NCBI GenBank assembly: GCA_963737655.1
Contig: CAVTTN010000002.1
Location: 6,944,001-7,008,000 of the forward strand
DNA length: 64,000 bases
Source: an uncultured Planctomycetota bacterium
Lineage (GTDB): Bacteria > Planctomycetota > Planctomycetia > Isosphaerales > Isosphaeraceae
Reading direction: 5' to 3'
Shown here: in pieces, positions 29,189 through 39,275 of the stretch
How positions within the stretch are numbered: the first letter of the stretch is position 1
Layout of the letters: the number at the start of each line of letters is the position of its first letter
The notes under the pieces: model-generated
The model's input: the letters and a program-made list of their open reading frames with translations, nothing else
The model's database searches: none
What the model was told of the DNA's origin: nothing
Position numbers and translations under genes: made by a program

Positions 29189-29914
29189 GAAGGTATTCTA
29201 GGCGGAGAGGGAAGCCCGGGGAATGACCGGACCGGTTCCGAAGATGGATTGCATGTGCAATTTTCTTGAAGACTTGATAAATATCTGTATTTCGTAATGA
29301 ATCTACAGGCATTCGTTGGTTGAACCGGAAAACCGACCGGCGGCTCACGCCCCCGACCGTCCCCGAAGGGCCCCCGCACCCCGGGCGGCGTCTCGCCCCG
29401 GGAGTTTGGGGCGGCGATGACGATTGCAGGACCGGGTTGGTCCGCGACGAGTTTGCGGATGATTCGAGAGGCATACTGATCCGTAGGAACCTGCACATGG
29501 ACCAGAGAAAGACACCCCGATCGATCGATGGGACGAAACACGACAACACTTTTCCGTCAAAAACGCCGAAACTGGCGGAAAACCCAGGGTTTGGTGCGCG
29601 CAACGACTCGTGCGCACCGAGCATTGCCCATAAATGCAGATTTTGACGAACGTGACGCAAATCCTGGATCGATCAGGGAGTTGGAGCGATCGGTCTCCGC
29701 GAGGTTCGGACCCGAAATCGCCCAATACGGCCCACATTTCGGCCCGTCGCCTCGGCCCGGAATTGACGGCCCGTTGTCACGGCTTTCGCCCAGGCTTCCC
29801 GGCGTCCGCCAATTTCTTGCGATCGCGCGACGACCCGCTCGCGATCCTAGCGTCGTGACCAGTCGGGGAACGGTTCCCCATCGGCCCAAATAAGCTTAAT
29901 CGATCGGATGTCCC

Positions 29915-29936
29915 GGCATGGGTCCGCGTGCCCTAC
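29915..29936 (-). repeat. GTAG-type REP-like palindrome overlapping the mutS stop codon
   Basis: Minus strand reads GTAG-GGCACG-CGGACC-CATGCC; the TAG is the mutS stop at 29933-29935. Confidence 0.5.
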
Positions 29937-32530
29937 TCCACCAGCCCCTTGAGTCGGCGGATGAGGTCCAGGGCGGCCTCGGGCGAAAGCGCGTTCGCAT
30001 CGACCCGGCCGAGCTCCTCGACCAGGGGCTCGGGCATCGCGGCGAAGAGGGAATGCTGCAAGGCCCGGCCGGTCTTGACCTTACGGATCGGCCCGGCGGC
30101 CGTCGCCCCCGGCACGTGCTGGGCCTCCAGGAACGCGAGGATCTCCCGGGCGCGGGCGAGGACCGGGTCGGGCACCCCCGCGAGCCTCGCCACGTGGATC
30201 CCGTAGCTCTGGTCGGCGCCCCCGGGGACGATCCGGTGGAGGAACACGATCTCGCCGCCGCTCTCGCGGACCGCCACGTTGGCGTTGCGAATCCTCGGCC
30301 TCGTTTTCTCCAGATCTACAAGCTCATGATAATGCGTGGCGAACAGGGTCCGGCAGCCGACGACGTCGTGGAGGTGCTCCGTGATCGCCCAGGCCAGGCT
30401 CACCCCGTCGAACGTGCTGGTCCCTCGTCCCACCTCGTCCAAAATGACGAGGCTGCTTGGAGTTGCGTTGTGGAGGATGTTGGCGGTCTCGGTCATCTCG
30501 ACCATGAACGTGCTCATGCCTCGACCGATCTCGTCGGTCGCGCCGACCCGGGCGAAGAGGCGATCGACGACCCCGATCCTCGCCCTCTTCGCCGGGACGA
30601 ACGAGCCGATTTGCCCGAGGATCGCCGTGAGCGCCACCTGGCGGATATACGTGCTCTTGCCGGCCATGTTCGGGCCGGTGAGGATCAGGACCGTTCCCGA
30701 ATCCGGGCCCAGACTTAAGTCATTCGGGACGAATTGCCCCTGCGGCAGGGAGGCGTCCAGGACCGGGTGCCGGCCCTGGACGATCTCGAACACGGGCTCG
30801 GCCGCCATCTCCGGCCGGCAGTATCCGGGCGAGATCGCCAGCTCGGCCAGCCCCGCGAGCACGTCCAGGGTCGCCAGGACGCCGCCGGCCTGGACCAGCC
30901 TCGGCGACTCGGCCGAGACTCGGTCGCGAAGGGTCGAAAACAGCTCGAATTCCAGCTCGCAGGCACGGTCCTCGGCGCGTAAGACCTTGTCCTCATACTC
31001 CTTGAGTTCCGGAGTGATGTACCGTTCGGCGTTCTTGACCGTCTGCTTGCGGATGTAGTCGCCCGGGACCTTCGCGCCGTGGACGTTGGTGATCTCGATG
31101 TAATAGCCGAAGACCTTATTAAAACCCACTTTAAGGCTGTGGATGCCGGTCCGGCGGACCTGCTCGGCCTGGAACCGGGCGATCCAGGTCTTGCCTCCCT
31201 TGGCGATTTCGCGGAGCTCGTCCAGCCCGGGGTGGTAGCCGTCGCGGATCAGCCCGCCCTCCTTCAGGGCGAGCGGCGGGTCGTCCACCAGCGCCGACCC
31301 GATCGCCGAGCGGACCTCGGGCAGGAGTTCCAGGCGGTTTTCCAGATCGTTCAGGAGGGTCGACGACCGGGCCGTGATCCGGGCCTTGATCCTCGGCAAG
31401 ATGGCGAGGGTTCGGCCCAGGGCGACGAGGTCCCGGGGCGAGGCGCGGCCCGTGCCGATCCGGGAGGCGAGCCTCTCCAGGTCCGACGCACCCTCCAGAG
31501 CGTGCCGAAGATCGGACCGAAGCCCTGAATCGGAAACCATTTCCGACACGGCCGCCTGGCGGTCGCGGATCGCGTCGAGGGCCGTCAGCGGGGAGGTCAG
31601 CCAGCGGGCCAGGAGCCGGGCGCCCATCGCGGTGCGCGTGCGGTCGATGGCGTGGAGCAAGCTCCCTTCGCGGTGGGAGTCGCGGAGGGTCCGGGTGAGT
31701 TCCAGGCTCCTCCGGGTCATCTCGTCGAGGGCCATCGATTGGCCGCGACGGTGGGGGACGAGCCGGGTGATGTGGCCGAGGGCCGACTTCTGGGTCTCGC
31801 GAAGATAGGCAATCAGGGCGCCGGCGGCGGCGACCTCCACCGCGTCATCCTGGATCCCGAACCCGCCGAGCGTGGTTGTGCCAAACTGGGCAAACAGGGC
31901 GGATCGGGCCTGATCGGGCTGAAAATCCCAGGACGGACGGCTCGTGATGGCCGCCCGGGTCTGCCCTCGGAGGCTACGGACCCACGGGGAATCGAGCGAT
32001 GTCTCCGAGACGAGGATCTCGGCCGGATCGAGCCTCGCCACCTCGTCGGCCAGCTCTAGTCGAGCCAGTTCTGCCAAAGAAAACTCGCCCGTCGAGAGGT
32101 CGGCCCACGCCAGGCCGATCTTGCCTCGCATTTCGACGGCGGAGGCCAGGTAATTGGCGGACTTTGGGTCGAGCAACGCGTCATCGGTCAGCGTGCCCGG
32201 AGTGACCACACGCACCACGTCTCGGCGGACGAGTCCCTTCGCCAGTTTCGCGTCTTCGACCTGCTCGCACACCGCCGCGCGAAGTCCGGCGGCCACGATC
32301 TTGGCGAGATAGGATTCCAGGGCAGGATGGGGGAATCCCGCCATCGGCTGGGCATTGGGGCCCTTGTCGCGGGTGGTCAGGGCGAGGCCGAGCAACGGAG
32401 CGGCCCGTTCGGCGTCGTCGCCGAACATCTCGTAGAAATCGCCCATGCGGAACAGGAGCAGGGCGTCCGGATCGCGAGCCTTGAGCTCACGATACTGCTG
32501 CATCATCGGAGTAGCGGACGGCTCGGTCAT
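29933..32530 (-). CDS. mutS: DNA mismatch repair protein MutS
   Basis: TPMMQQY, FRMGDFYEMF, Walker A TGPNMAGKSTY, STFMVEM, ILDEVGRGTST, FATHYHEL, SYGIHVARLAG. Confidence 0.98.
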   Translation of the reverse strand: MTEPSATPMMQQYRELKARDPDALLLFRMGDFYEMFGDDAERAAPLLGLALTTRDKGPNAQPMAGFPHPALESYLAKIVAAGLRAAVCEQVEDAKLAKGLVRRDVVRVVTPGTLTDDALLDPKSANYLASAVEMRGKIGLAWADLSTGEFSLAELARLELADEVARLDPAEILVSETSLDSPWVRSLRGQTRAAITSRPSWDFQPDQARSALFAQFGTTTLGGFGIQDDAVEVAAAGALIAYLRETQKSALGHITRLVPHRRGQSMALDEMTRRSLELTRTLRDSHREGSLLHAIDRTRTAMGARLLARWLTSPLTALDAIRDRQAAVSEMVSDSGLRSDLRHALEGASDLERLASRIGTGRASPRDLVALGRTLAILPRIKARITARSSTLLNDLENRLELLPEVRSAIGSALVDDPPLALKEGGLIRDGYHPGLDELREIAKGGKTWIARFQAEQVRRTGIHSLKVGFNKVFGYYIEITNVHGAKVPGDYIRKQTVKNAERYITPELKEYEDKVLRAEDRACELEFELFSTLRDRVSAESPRLVQAGGVLATLDVLAGLAELAISPGYCRPEMAAEPVFEIVQGRHPVLDASLPQGQFVPNDLSLGPDSGTVLILTGPNMAGKSTYIRQVALTAILGQIGSFVPAKRARIGVVDRLFARVGATDEIGRGMSTFMVEMTETANILHNATPSSLVILDEVGRGTSTFDGVSLAWAITEHLHDVVGCRTLFATHYHELVDLEKTRPRIRNANVAVRESGGEIVFLHRIVPGGADQSYGIHVARLAGVPDPVLARAREILAFLEAQHVPGATAAGPIRKVKTGRALQHSLFAAMPEPLVEELGRVDANALSPEAALDLIRRLKGLVE

Positions 32531-32557
32531 AAAAAGCGGGAGAAGGCGAGGGCAAGG

Positions 32558-32923
32558 TCAGCGGCGGTCGGCGGCGAAGGCACCCAGGGCTTCGTCCTCG
32601 TCCGGGTAGATTGCGAAGACCTTATGCATTCCCAGGATCGTCAGGCATTCCCGGCCGAAGGTGCCGTCCCCGGCGACGAGCTTGACGTCACCCTTCAAGG
32701 TCAGAAGTCGTTTGCGGAGGCTGAGTAAGACGCCGATGAAGAGCGTGAGGAAGAAATCGAGATTATTGAAATCGACGACCATCTTGTGATGGCCGGCGCG
32801 GTCGGCCAGGGCGTCGAAGGCGAGCTTGAGCTCGCCCATCCTCGCCTCGTCCGGCACCGACTTGTCGGCGAACCGAATGACCGCCACGTCATCCACGACC
32901 CGGACCAGCAAGCGAGGGGACAT
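32558..32923 (-). CDS. STAS-domain protein (anti-sigma-factor antagonist-like), divergent
   Basis: MVVDFNNLDFFLTLFIGVLL...VFAIYPDEDEAL follows the STAS pattern. Confidence 0.8.
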   Translation of the reverse strand: MSPRLLVRVVDDVAVIRFADKSVPDEARMGELKLAFDALADRAGHHKMVVDFNNLDFFLTLFIGVLLSLRKRLLTLKGDVKLVAGDGTFGRECLTILGMHKVFAIYPDEDEALGAFAADRR

Positions 32924-32989
32924 ACTTCGGCCTCCGGGGAGCGAGGGGGGGTGGCGAGATCCCCTCCCTCCCGACCCGACGTCTGGTCA

Positions 32990-33349
32990 TCAGAACTTGT
33001 CGAGGGCCTGCTGTTCCTCGTTGTAGATCTCGAAGACCTGATCCAGCCGGGTGATGCGGAAGACTTCCAGGAGGTCGGGGTGGATGCAGCAGAGCTTGAG
33101 CTTGCCCTTGACCGCGCCGACCTTCCTCTTGAGGTTGATGAGCTTGCCCAGGGCGGCGCTGGAGAGGTACTGGACGTTCCCGAAGTTCAACAGGAGCTGC
33201 TTCTTACCTTCGACGTCGACCAGTTGATAGAGCTGGTCGCCGACCTCCTGGATGTTTTCTTCGGTGACGATCTTGGTGTCCACGAAGCTGACGACGGTCA
33301 CGCCGTCGATCGTCTCGGTGCTGAGGTGGCGGCGGGAGGCAGACGACAT
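32990..33349 (-). CDS. Anti-sigma-factor antagonist (STAS, SpoIIAA/RsbV-like)
   Basis: LLLNFGNVQYLSSAALGKLI...VFRITRLDQVFEIY. Confidence 0.9.
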   Translation of the reverse strand: MSSASRRHLSTETIDGVTVVSFVDTKIVTEENIQEVGDQLYQLVDVEGKKQLLLNFGNVQYLSSAALGKLINLKRKVGAVKGKLKLCCIHPDLLEVFRITRLDQVFEIYNEEQQALDKF

Positions 33350-33647
33350 CGGGCAGGCTCCTGTCCGGTTGCGGGACCTCGACATCCCGGTCAAGCGGCT
33401 CGGGAGGCACCGGGCCGCGAGCGGGAGGCGCGGGACGCTCGGCGCGAAACCTCCGCGTTGACCCTACTAGACTTACCACAGGCCCGCCCCAATGCAAGGG
33501 GTCAGCGGTTGGCGTTGTTCGAGGACCGACGGCTTGGAGGGCGAAGGCCGCGATTGACAGCCGAGCCGGGCCCGGGGCAAGATGATCGACGAAGGCCATC
33601 GGCCTCCCCTCTCCGCCCCGCGCGATCCCTTCGGAGCCTCCCTCCCC

Positions 33648-35451
33648 ATGACCCGTCGCCCCGTCGCCCTCGCCGTGGTTGCCCTCGTCGCGATCCTCTC
33701 CGGGCCGGTCCGGGGGCAGGACAAGCCGGCCGAACCGAAGCCCGAAGCCCCCCCGATCGTCGTCGAGCTGACCCTCAAGGGGGCCATCGGCGAGGAGCCG
33801 CAACCCGTTGGCCTGGAAGGGACTCCGGTCGGCGATAACCTCAAGGGCCTGATCGATACGATGGCCAAGGCCAAGGCCGACAAGGGCGTCAAGGGCCTGG
33901 TCTTGCAGGTCCGCGACCTGACCGTCGGCATGGGCAAGGCCAATGAGCTCCGCAAGGCGATCGCCGACTTCCGATCCTCGGGCAAGAAGGTCGTCGCGGT
34001 CCTGGAGATGGTCGGAAATCGCGAGTACATCGTGGCTTGCGCCGCCGATGAGATCGTGATGCCCGAAGGCGGCTGGTTGATGCTCAAGGGCCTCTCGGCC
34101 GAGATCAGCTACTACGCCAACGCCCTGAAGAAGCTGGGGATCACGGTGGACGTGCTGCACGTGGGCGAGTTCAAGTCGGCCGGCGAGCCGTTCTCCCGGA
34201 CCGAGATCGAGCCCCGCCCACCGGGCCGAGCTCACCGAGCTCCTGACCGACTCGTTCGACCAGATGGTCGAGGCCATCGCCAAACGGCAGGGGATCGCCC
34301 CCGAGGACGCCCGGAAGCTGATCGAAAATGGCCCGTACACCCCGAAAGCGGCCAAGGCGGCGGGCCTGGTCAACCGGATCGCCTATCCCGACCAGGTCGA
34401 GGCCGAGATCGCCAAGGGCCTGAACCTCGCCTCGGTGAAGGTGGAGAAGAAGTACGGCAAGAAGGTCACCGACCCGGCCGAGTTCCAGGGCCTGGCCGGG
34501 ATGATGAAGCTCATGCAGCAGCTTTCGGGGGAGACCGCCAAGAAAACGGGTTCTAATAAGCCGAAGGTCGCGATTATTTATGCATCGGGGCTGATCCAGA
34601 CCGGCAAGTCCTCCACCGGCTCGATCCTGGGCGGGGCCGTGATGGGTTCGGACACGGTGGTCAAGCACCTCCGGGCCGCCGAGAAGGACGCGACGATCAA
34701 GGCGATCGTCCTGAGGGTCGATTCCGGCGGGGGGAGCGCCCTGGCGAGCGACCTGATGTGGCGCGAGGTCACCCGGATCGAGAAGCCGATCGTGGCGAGC
34801 ATGTCGGACGTGGCGGCCTCGGGCGGTTACTACATCAGCATGGGGGCCGACAAGGTCCTGGCCGAGCCGGGGACGCTGACCGGTTCGATCGGGGTGGTTT
34901 CGATCAAGCCCGCGCTGGGCGGCTTGATGGAAAAGGTCGGCATCACCACCGACCGCGTGACGATCGGCAAGAACGGCGACTTCCTCAACGCCGACCGCCC
35001 GATGACGGCCGACGAAAAAGCGGCCATGCAGACGATGATGAACGAAACTTACGACCAGTTCGTCTCCAAGGCCGCCGAGGGCCGGAAGATGGACCGGGAC
35101 AAGCTCGAAAAGCTCGCCCGGGGCCGGGTTTACACCGGGAGGCAGGCGAAGGCGGTCGGCCTCGTCGATGACCTGGGCACCCTGGACGACGCCATTGCGG
35201 CGGCCAAGACGCTGGGAGGCGTCGAGGGCCAGGACGTCGAGCTGAAGGTCTGGCCCGAGGCCCCGAGCCTCCTGGAATCGCTGTTCGAGCCGTTCGGCGG
35301 CGACCGAAACGCGTCCGCCTCCTCGGCTTTGGTCCTGAGCACCCTGCCCGAAGCCGTGAGGAAGCCCCTGGCCCGGCTCGGCGGGATCGTCGATCTCCTG
35401 ACGAGGGAGCCGGTCGTCGTCCTCATGCCCTATTCGCTGGAAATCAAGTAG
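33648..35451 (+). CDS. sppA: Signal peptide peptidase SppA (long form, peptidase S49); split by an apparent 1-nt insertion near 34208
   Basis: GEFKSAGEPF lies in the first frame; LRVDSGGGSA, SMSDVAASGGYY, TGSIGV and GRVYTG lie in the second. Removing one C (ATCG to ATG) gives EMSPAHRAEL. Confidence 0.92.
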
Positions 35452-35468
35452 GGTGGGGGAAATCCGCC
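35448..35468 (+). repeat. Degenerate GTAG REP-like unit overlapping the sppA stop codon
   Basis: GTAG-GGTGG-GGGAAAT-CCGCC; the TAG is the stop at 35449-35451; 21 bp long like the main family. Confidence 0.4.
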
Positions 35469-35547
35469 TTCCGTCGCGATGATCCGGGAAATGGGGCCAC
35501 CTTGGGGCTCCGGGGGAACGGTCCGATCGGGCCGGTGAGGTGATTCG

Positions 35548-36033
35548 ATGAGCCTGGCCCTGACCGAGTCGCTGGCCTCTCTCTACGAAACCGACGAGAC
35601 CTCCTGGCTCGAGCGGATGGCGGAGTTGATCGCCGAACGCCGGTTCTCGGACCTGGACTACGACAATCTTCGGGAATTTCTGACCGACATGGCCCGGAGA
35701 GACAAACGCGAGGTGTTGAGCCGCCTGACGGTCCTCATCGCCCATCGCCTGAAATGGGAGCACCAGCCGACGAAGCGGACCACGAGCTGGGAATCGACGA
35801 TCGCGGAGCAGCGTCGAGAGCTTGAGGTCCTCCTGGAAAGCGGGACTCTCTTCCGGCATGCCCGGGACGTCCTGGGCAGGGCCTATGAGGGTGCCGTGGA
35901 ACAGGCGGCCATCGAGACCGGGCGGCCCGCATCCTCATTCCCCGCCGAGAGCGAACGGTCCCTGGAAGATTGGCTAGCCCGAGGGGACTTCGAGGGGGAA
36001 GGGGCGAGGGCCGGCGATGAAAAAGAATCGTAA
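35548..36033 (+). CDS. DUF29 domain-containing protein
   Basis: LYETDETSWL, DYDNLREFL, LIAHRLKWEHQP, SWESTIAEQR, AAIETG, FPAE. Confidence 0.88.
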   Translation: MSLALTESLASLYETDETSWLERMAELIAERRFSDLDYDNLREFLTDMARRDKREVLSRLTVLIAHRLKWEHQPTKRTTSWESTIAEQRRELEVLLESGTLFRHARDVLGRAYEGAVEQAAIETGRPASSFPAESERSLEDWLARGDFEGEGARAGDEKES

Positions 36034-36271
36034 GAAGGCCGAAGGTTATCGTTTCAACGGACATCCCGGCTTCAGACCGGCGAGTATCCATCCCGTCAGG
36101 ATTGCCGACCTCGCATCGGCGATCGACGGCCTCGCCGCGAAACTCGCCGACCCGGCTGACCCGGACGACGACCGATGGACTGCTCGTTGGCTGGAACGGT
36201 ACAAGAAGGAACTGGACAAGAAATGCCGAGGGCAGGCGCTCAAAGAGGCGGAGCGGTCATTCCGAAGCTAG
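36017..36271 (+). CDS. Small basic hypothetical protein (84 aa)
   Basis: Overlaps the DUF29 stop by 17 bp; helical composition; fills the gap before the RraA-family gene. Confidence 0.5.
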   Translation: MKKNRKKAEGYRFNGHPGFRPASIHPVRIADLASAIDGLAAKLADPADPDDDRWTARWLERYKKELDKKCRGQALKEAERSFRS

Positions 36272-36359
36272 GGCTGACACCCGACCAGGGGGCGGCCGAC
36301 GCATCGGGGGATTCGCGCCGGTCCTGGGGTAGAAGAGTCTCGATCGTCCTGGAGTTCCC

Positions 36360-37058
36360 ATGATTTCCCTGTCTCCCGACGACCTCGCCGCCCTCCGGCG
36401 GTACAACACGCCGACGGTCTCGAACGCCATCGAGCTGTTCGACGTCCGCCCGAGGCACCTCGGGTTCCTCCACCATCGGATTCGGTGCCTGTTGCCGGAT
36501 GTCGGTGTGATCGTGGGATATGCGGTCACTTCGCAGACCCGCGCCGGCTTCTCCGAGGCGATGGAGGCCGATTGCACGGCGGATTACCTGCGTTATGTCG
36601 CCGGCCAGCCCGGCCCGAAGATCGCCGTGGGTCAGGATTTAGATCCCGACCCGGGCGTCGGTGCCCAGTTCGGCGAGGTCAACGCCACCATCCACAAGAC
36701 GCTGGGCTGCGTCGGCCATATCACGGACGGTTGCGCCCGGGACCTGGATGAGGTCGCCGGCCTGGGTTTCGGCATGTTCGGGCTGGGCCCGTGCGTGAGT
36801 CACGGGTATGTTCGCGTGGTCGATTTCGGCAAGCCCGTCCGGCTCGCTGGCGTGGAGATCCGGCCGGGCGACCTGATCCATGCCGACAAGCATGGGGTCT
36901 GCCTGGTCCCCCAGGATATCGCGCCGAAGCTGGCCGAGGCGTGCGCGGAGGTCGAACGCCGGGAGAAGCCGCTCCTGGACGCCTGCCGGGGGGAATCGTT
37001 CGACCTGGAGGAGTACCTCCGGCTCCGGTCGGCCGCGAAGGCGACGATCCGCGAGTGA
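36360..37058 (+). CDS. RraA / HMG-aldolase family protein
   Basis: TPTVSNAIE, GYAVT, FGEVNA, TDGCARD, PGDLIHADKHGV. Confidence 0.88.
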   Translation: MISLSPDDLAALRRYNTPTVSNAIELFDVRPRHLGFLHHRIRCLLPDVGVIVGYAVTSQTRAGFSEAMEADCTADYLRYVAGQPGPKIAVGQDLDPDPGVGAQFGEVNATIHKTLGCVGHITDGCARDLDEVAGLGFGMFGLGPCVSHGYVRVVDFGKPVRLAGVEIRPGDLIHADKHGVCLVPQDIAPKLAEACAEVERREKPLLDACRGESFDLEEYLRLRSAAKATIRE

Positions 37059-37079
37059 TCAGGCTCGAAAGGGGGCGTC

Positions 37080-37757
37080 GTGGAGCTCTCTCGCTCGGGG
37101 ATCGCCCGGATGGGCCTGGTCGTGGGGACGGTCGCCGTCGCCCTGTCGGCGATGAAGCGGAATGAGCCGTTCTGGGTGGGGGTCGAGGCGGCGGTCGTCG
37201 GGTTCTGGATGCTCGTCGCCCTGACCGGGATCTTTCGGCCCGGAGGTCGGGCATTCTGGTTGGGATTTCTTGTGGCGGCCTCAATCTCGCTGGTGGTGAG
37301 CTTCGGGCCGGCTTCCGACCGGTTCGAGAGGGCCGGGGCCCTGGGTTGGAGCGTGGACAGCCACCGGCCGAAGATCTCGTGGGTCTCCTATGCCCTCGCG
37401 AAGGCCATGCTCATCATCGAGCCGGAGGCCCAGGGGCATCTGGAGGTCCGGGGGACCGACCCTCGGGTCTTCGTCCAGGGCTCCTATCGGATCGGCCCCG
37501 GCGTCCCGCCCGAGGGAATCCAGGGATTCCTCGGCGGGCTGGGGGATGCGGCTTACGGAGCGGTCCGAAACTCTTCTCGGTCCGTCAAGGTTGCAAGCCT
37601 CTCCCGAGGGTATGTGGACATGCCCGACTATCAGGACGCCGGCCATCTCCTGGCCGCCCTGGTCTTCGGGACCGGGCTCGGCGGGATGTTCTGGCTCCTG
37701 GCCCGGTTGTGGACGGGCCGAGGGGCCGCTCGTCCGGGAGGGGGCGTTCGTGCCTGA
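37080..37757 (+). CDS. Hypothetical membrane protein
   Basis: Multiple TM segments (RAFWLGFLV..., GHLLAALVFGTGLGG). Confidence 0.6.
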   Translation: MELSRSGIARMGLVVGTVAVALSAMKRNEPFWVGVEAAVVGFWMLVALTGIFRPGGRAFWLGFLVAASISLVVSFGPASDRFERAGALGWSVDSHRPKISWVSYALAKAMLIIEPEAQGHLEVRGTDPRVFVQGSYRIGPGVPPEGIQGFLGGLGDAAYGAVRNSSRSVKVASLSRGYVDMPDYQDAGHLLAALVFGTGLGGMFWLLARLWTGRGAARPGGGVRA

Positions 37758-38222
37758 TCAGACCCGGCGATGGGGCAGGCCCAGGGGTTCGAACCTCTGG
37801 TTGCGGATGAAGGCTTCATCCGGGCGGATCTCGTCGAGCCGTTTGCCCTCGGCGACCCAGGCGTTCTTGCGGTATTCGAAGATCGCGGTGGCGTGGCGGA
37901 CCGGGCAATCCGGGAAATCGCCGAAGCTTTCGGAGTCGAACGAGACGCCGACCATGGCCAGGAGGCGGCGGGTCCGGCGGTCGCGGGCCCAGACGACCTC
38001 GTCTCGCCAGTGGGCGTCATCCCAGCGGAGCTTTTCGATCGGGTCGAGCCGGCCGAGGGCCGAGAGGAACTGGGCTTCGAGCCGTTCCCTCTGGAGGCGG
38101 AAGCCGTCCCGGGCGCGATCGACGTTCATTTCTTCGAGGGCGTCGCGAAGCGGGCGGCGGACGATCCACCAGGCCGCCACGAGGCATCCCGGGACCAAGA
38201 CCGCCCAGAGCCAACCCCACAT
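37758..38222 (-). CDS. Hypothetical protein with N-terminal membrane anchor
   Basis: MWGWLWAVLVPGCLVAAWW followed by a globular domain (FRLQRERLEAQF...ATAIFEY). Confidence 0.7.
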   Translation of the reverse strand: MWGWLWAVLVPGCLVAAWWIVRRPLRDALEEMNVDRARDGFRLQRERLEAQFLSALGRLDPIEKLRWDDAHWRDEVVWARDRRTRRLLAMVGVSFDSESFGDFPDCPVRHATAIFEYRKNAWVAEGKRLDEIRPDEAFIRNQRFEPLGLPHRRV

Positions 38223-38327
38223 GGCGAATCCCCCGGCCGAGTTGACGCGCGAAGCATCCTCGGAATTCTAAGCGAAGCGTGCGCCGATCGGCAAGTGGAC
38301 CGGTAGGAATGATGAAGGGACGCGACG

Positions 38328-39275
38328 ATGGCATGGACCGGCCACACGATCGGGGCGCACATGTCGATTGCAGGAGGCCACCACCTGGCCGTGGCCCTCG
38401 CCGATAACATCGGATTCCGAAGCCTCCAGGTCTTCACCAAAAGCAACAATCAGTGGAAGGCGAAGCCGTTGAGCGAGGCCGACGTCTCCGCCTTCCGCCG
38501 GGCGATGGCCGGATCGGGCGTCGGGGCGGCCGTCGGCCACAATTCCTACCTGATTAACCTGGCCAGTCCCGATGATGTCCTGTGGAACCGGTCGATCGAC
38601 GCCATGGTCGTGGAGCTGGAGAGGGGCGAGGCGCTGGGGTTGACCGACCTGGTGGCGCACCCCGGGGCGCACGTGGGCAGCGGCGAGGACGCGGGGCTCC
38701 GCCGGATCGCCCTGGCCCTGGACGAGATCGCCGGGCGGACCCCGGGCCTTTCGATCCGGATCGCCCTGGAGACCACGGCCGGGCAGGGATCGTGCCTGGG
38801 GCATCGGTTCGAGCACCTCGGGGCGATCCTGGGCCGGGTCCGGGAGCCGGAGAGGCTGTCGGTCTGCGTCGATTCGTGCCATCTTTTCGCGGCCGGGTAT
38901 CCCCTGGGGACCGACGAGCAGTACAATCAGACGATGGACCTCCTGGATCGGGCCGTGGGGCTCGGTCGAGTTCGGGTCTGGCACCTCAATGACAGCCTGA
39001 AACCCCTGGGCAGCCGGGTCGATCGCCACGCGGGGATCGGCCGAGGGCACATCGGTGCGGACGCCTTCGGCCGGATCGTCCGCGACCCCCGATTCGCCGG
39101 CCTGCCGATGGTCCTGGAGACCCCCAAGGGGCAGGAAGACGGCGAGGAACTGGACGCGATCAACCTCAGGACGCTCGAGACCCTGTTGACGACCGCCCCG
39201 GGCAAGCCATCCCCCCGCCGCCCGGCCGAACCGCGACCCCGACGGCCTCGCGGGCGAGGCCCCGAACCATCATGA
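38328..39275 (+). CDS. nfo: Endonuclease IV (AP endonuclease)
   Basis: GAHMSIAGG, HNSYLINL, HPG, LETTAGQGS, DSCHLFAAGY, HLNDS, DRHAGIG, LETP. Confidence 0.96.
   Translation: MAWTGHTIGAHMSIAGGHHLAVALADNIGFRSLQVFTKSNNQWKAKPLSEADVSAFRRAMAGSGVGAAVGHNSYLINLASPDDVLWNRSIDAMVVELERGEALGLTDLVAHPGAHVGSGEDAGLRRIALALDEIAGRTPGLSIRIALETTAGQGSCLGHRFEHLGAILGRVREPERLSVCVDSCHLFAAGYPLGTDEQYNQTMDLLDRAVGLGRVRVWHLNDSLKPLGSRVDRHAGIGRGHIGADAFGRIVRDPRFAGLPMVLETPKGQEDGEELDAINLRTLETLLTTAPGKPSPRRPAEPRPRRPRGRGPEPS

Noticed and set aside
29640..29710. c-di-GMP-I riboswitch suggested by GACGCAAA
   Set aside because: The upstream GGCAAA...GAAA-tetraloop stem and the downstream consensus are absent.
29189..29914. Replication origin
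   Set aside because: No TTATCCACA-like DnaA box cluster and no dnaA/dnaN context.
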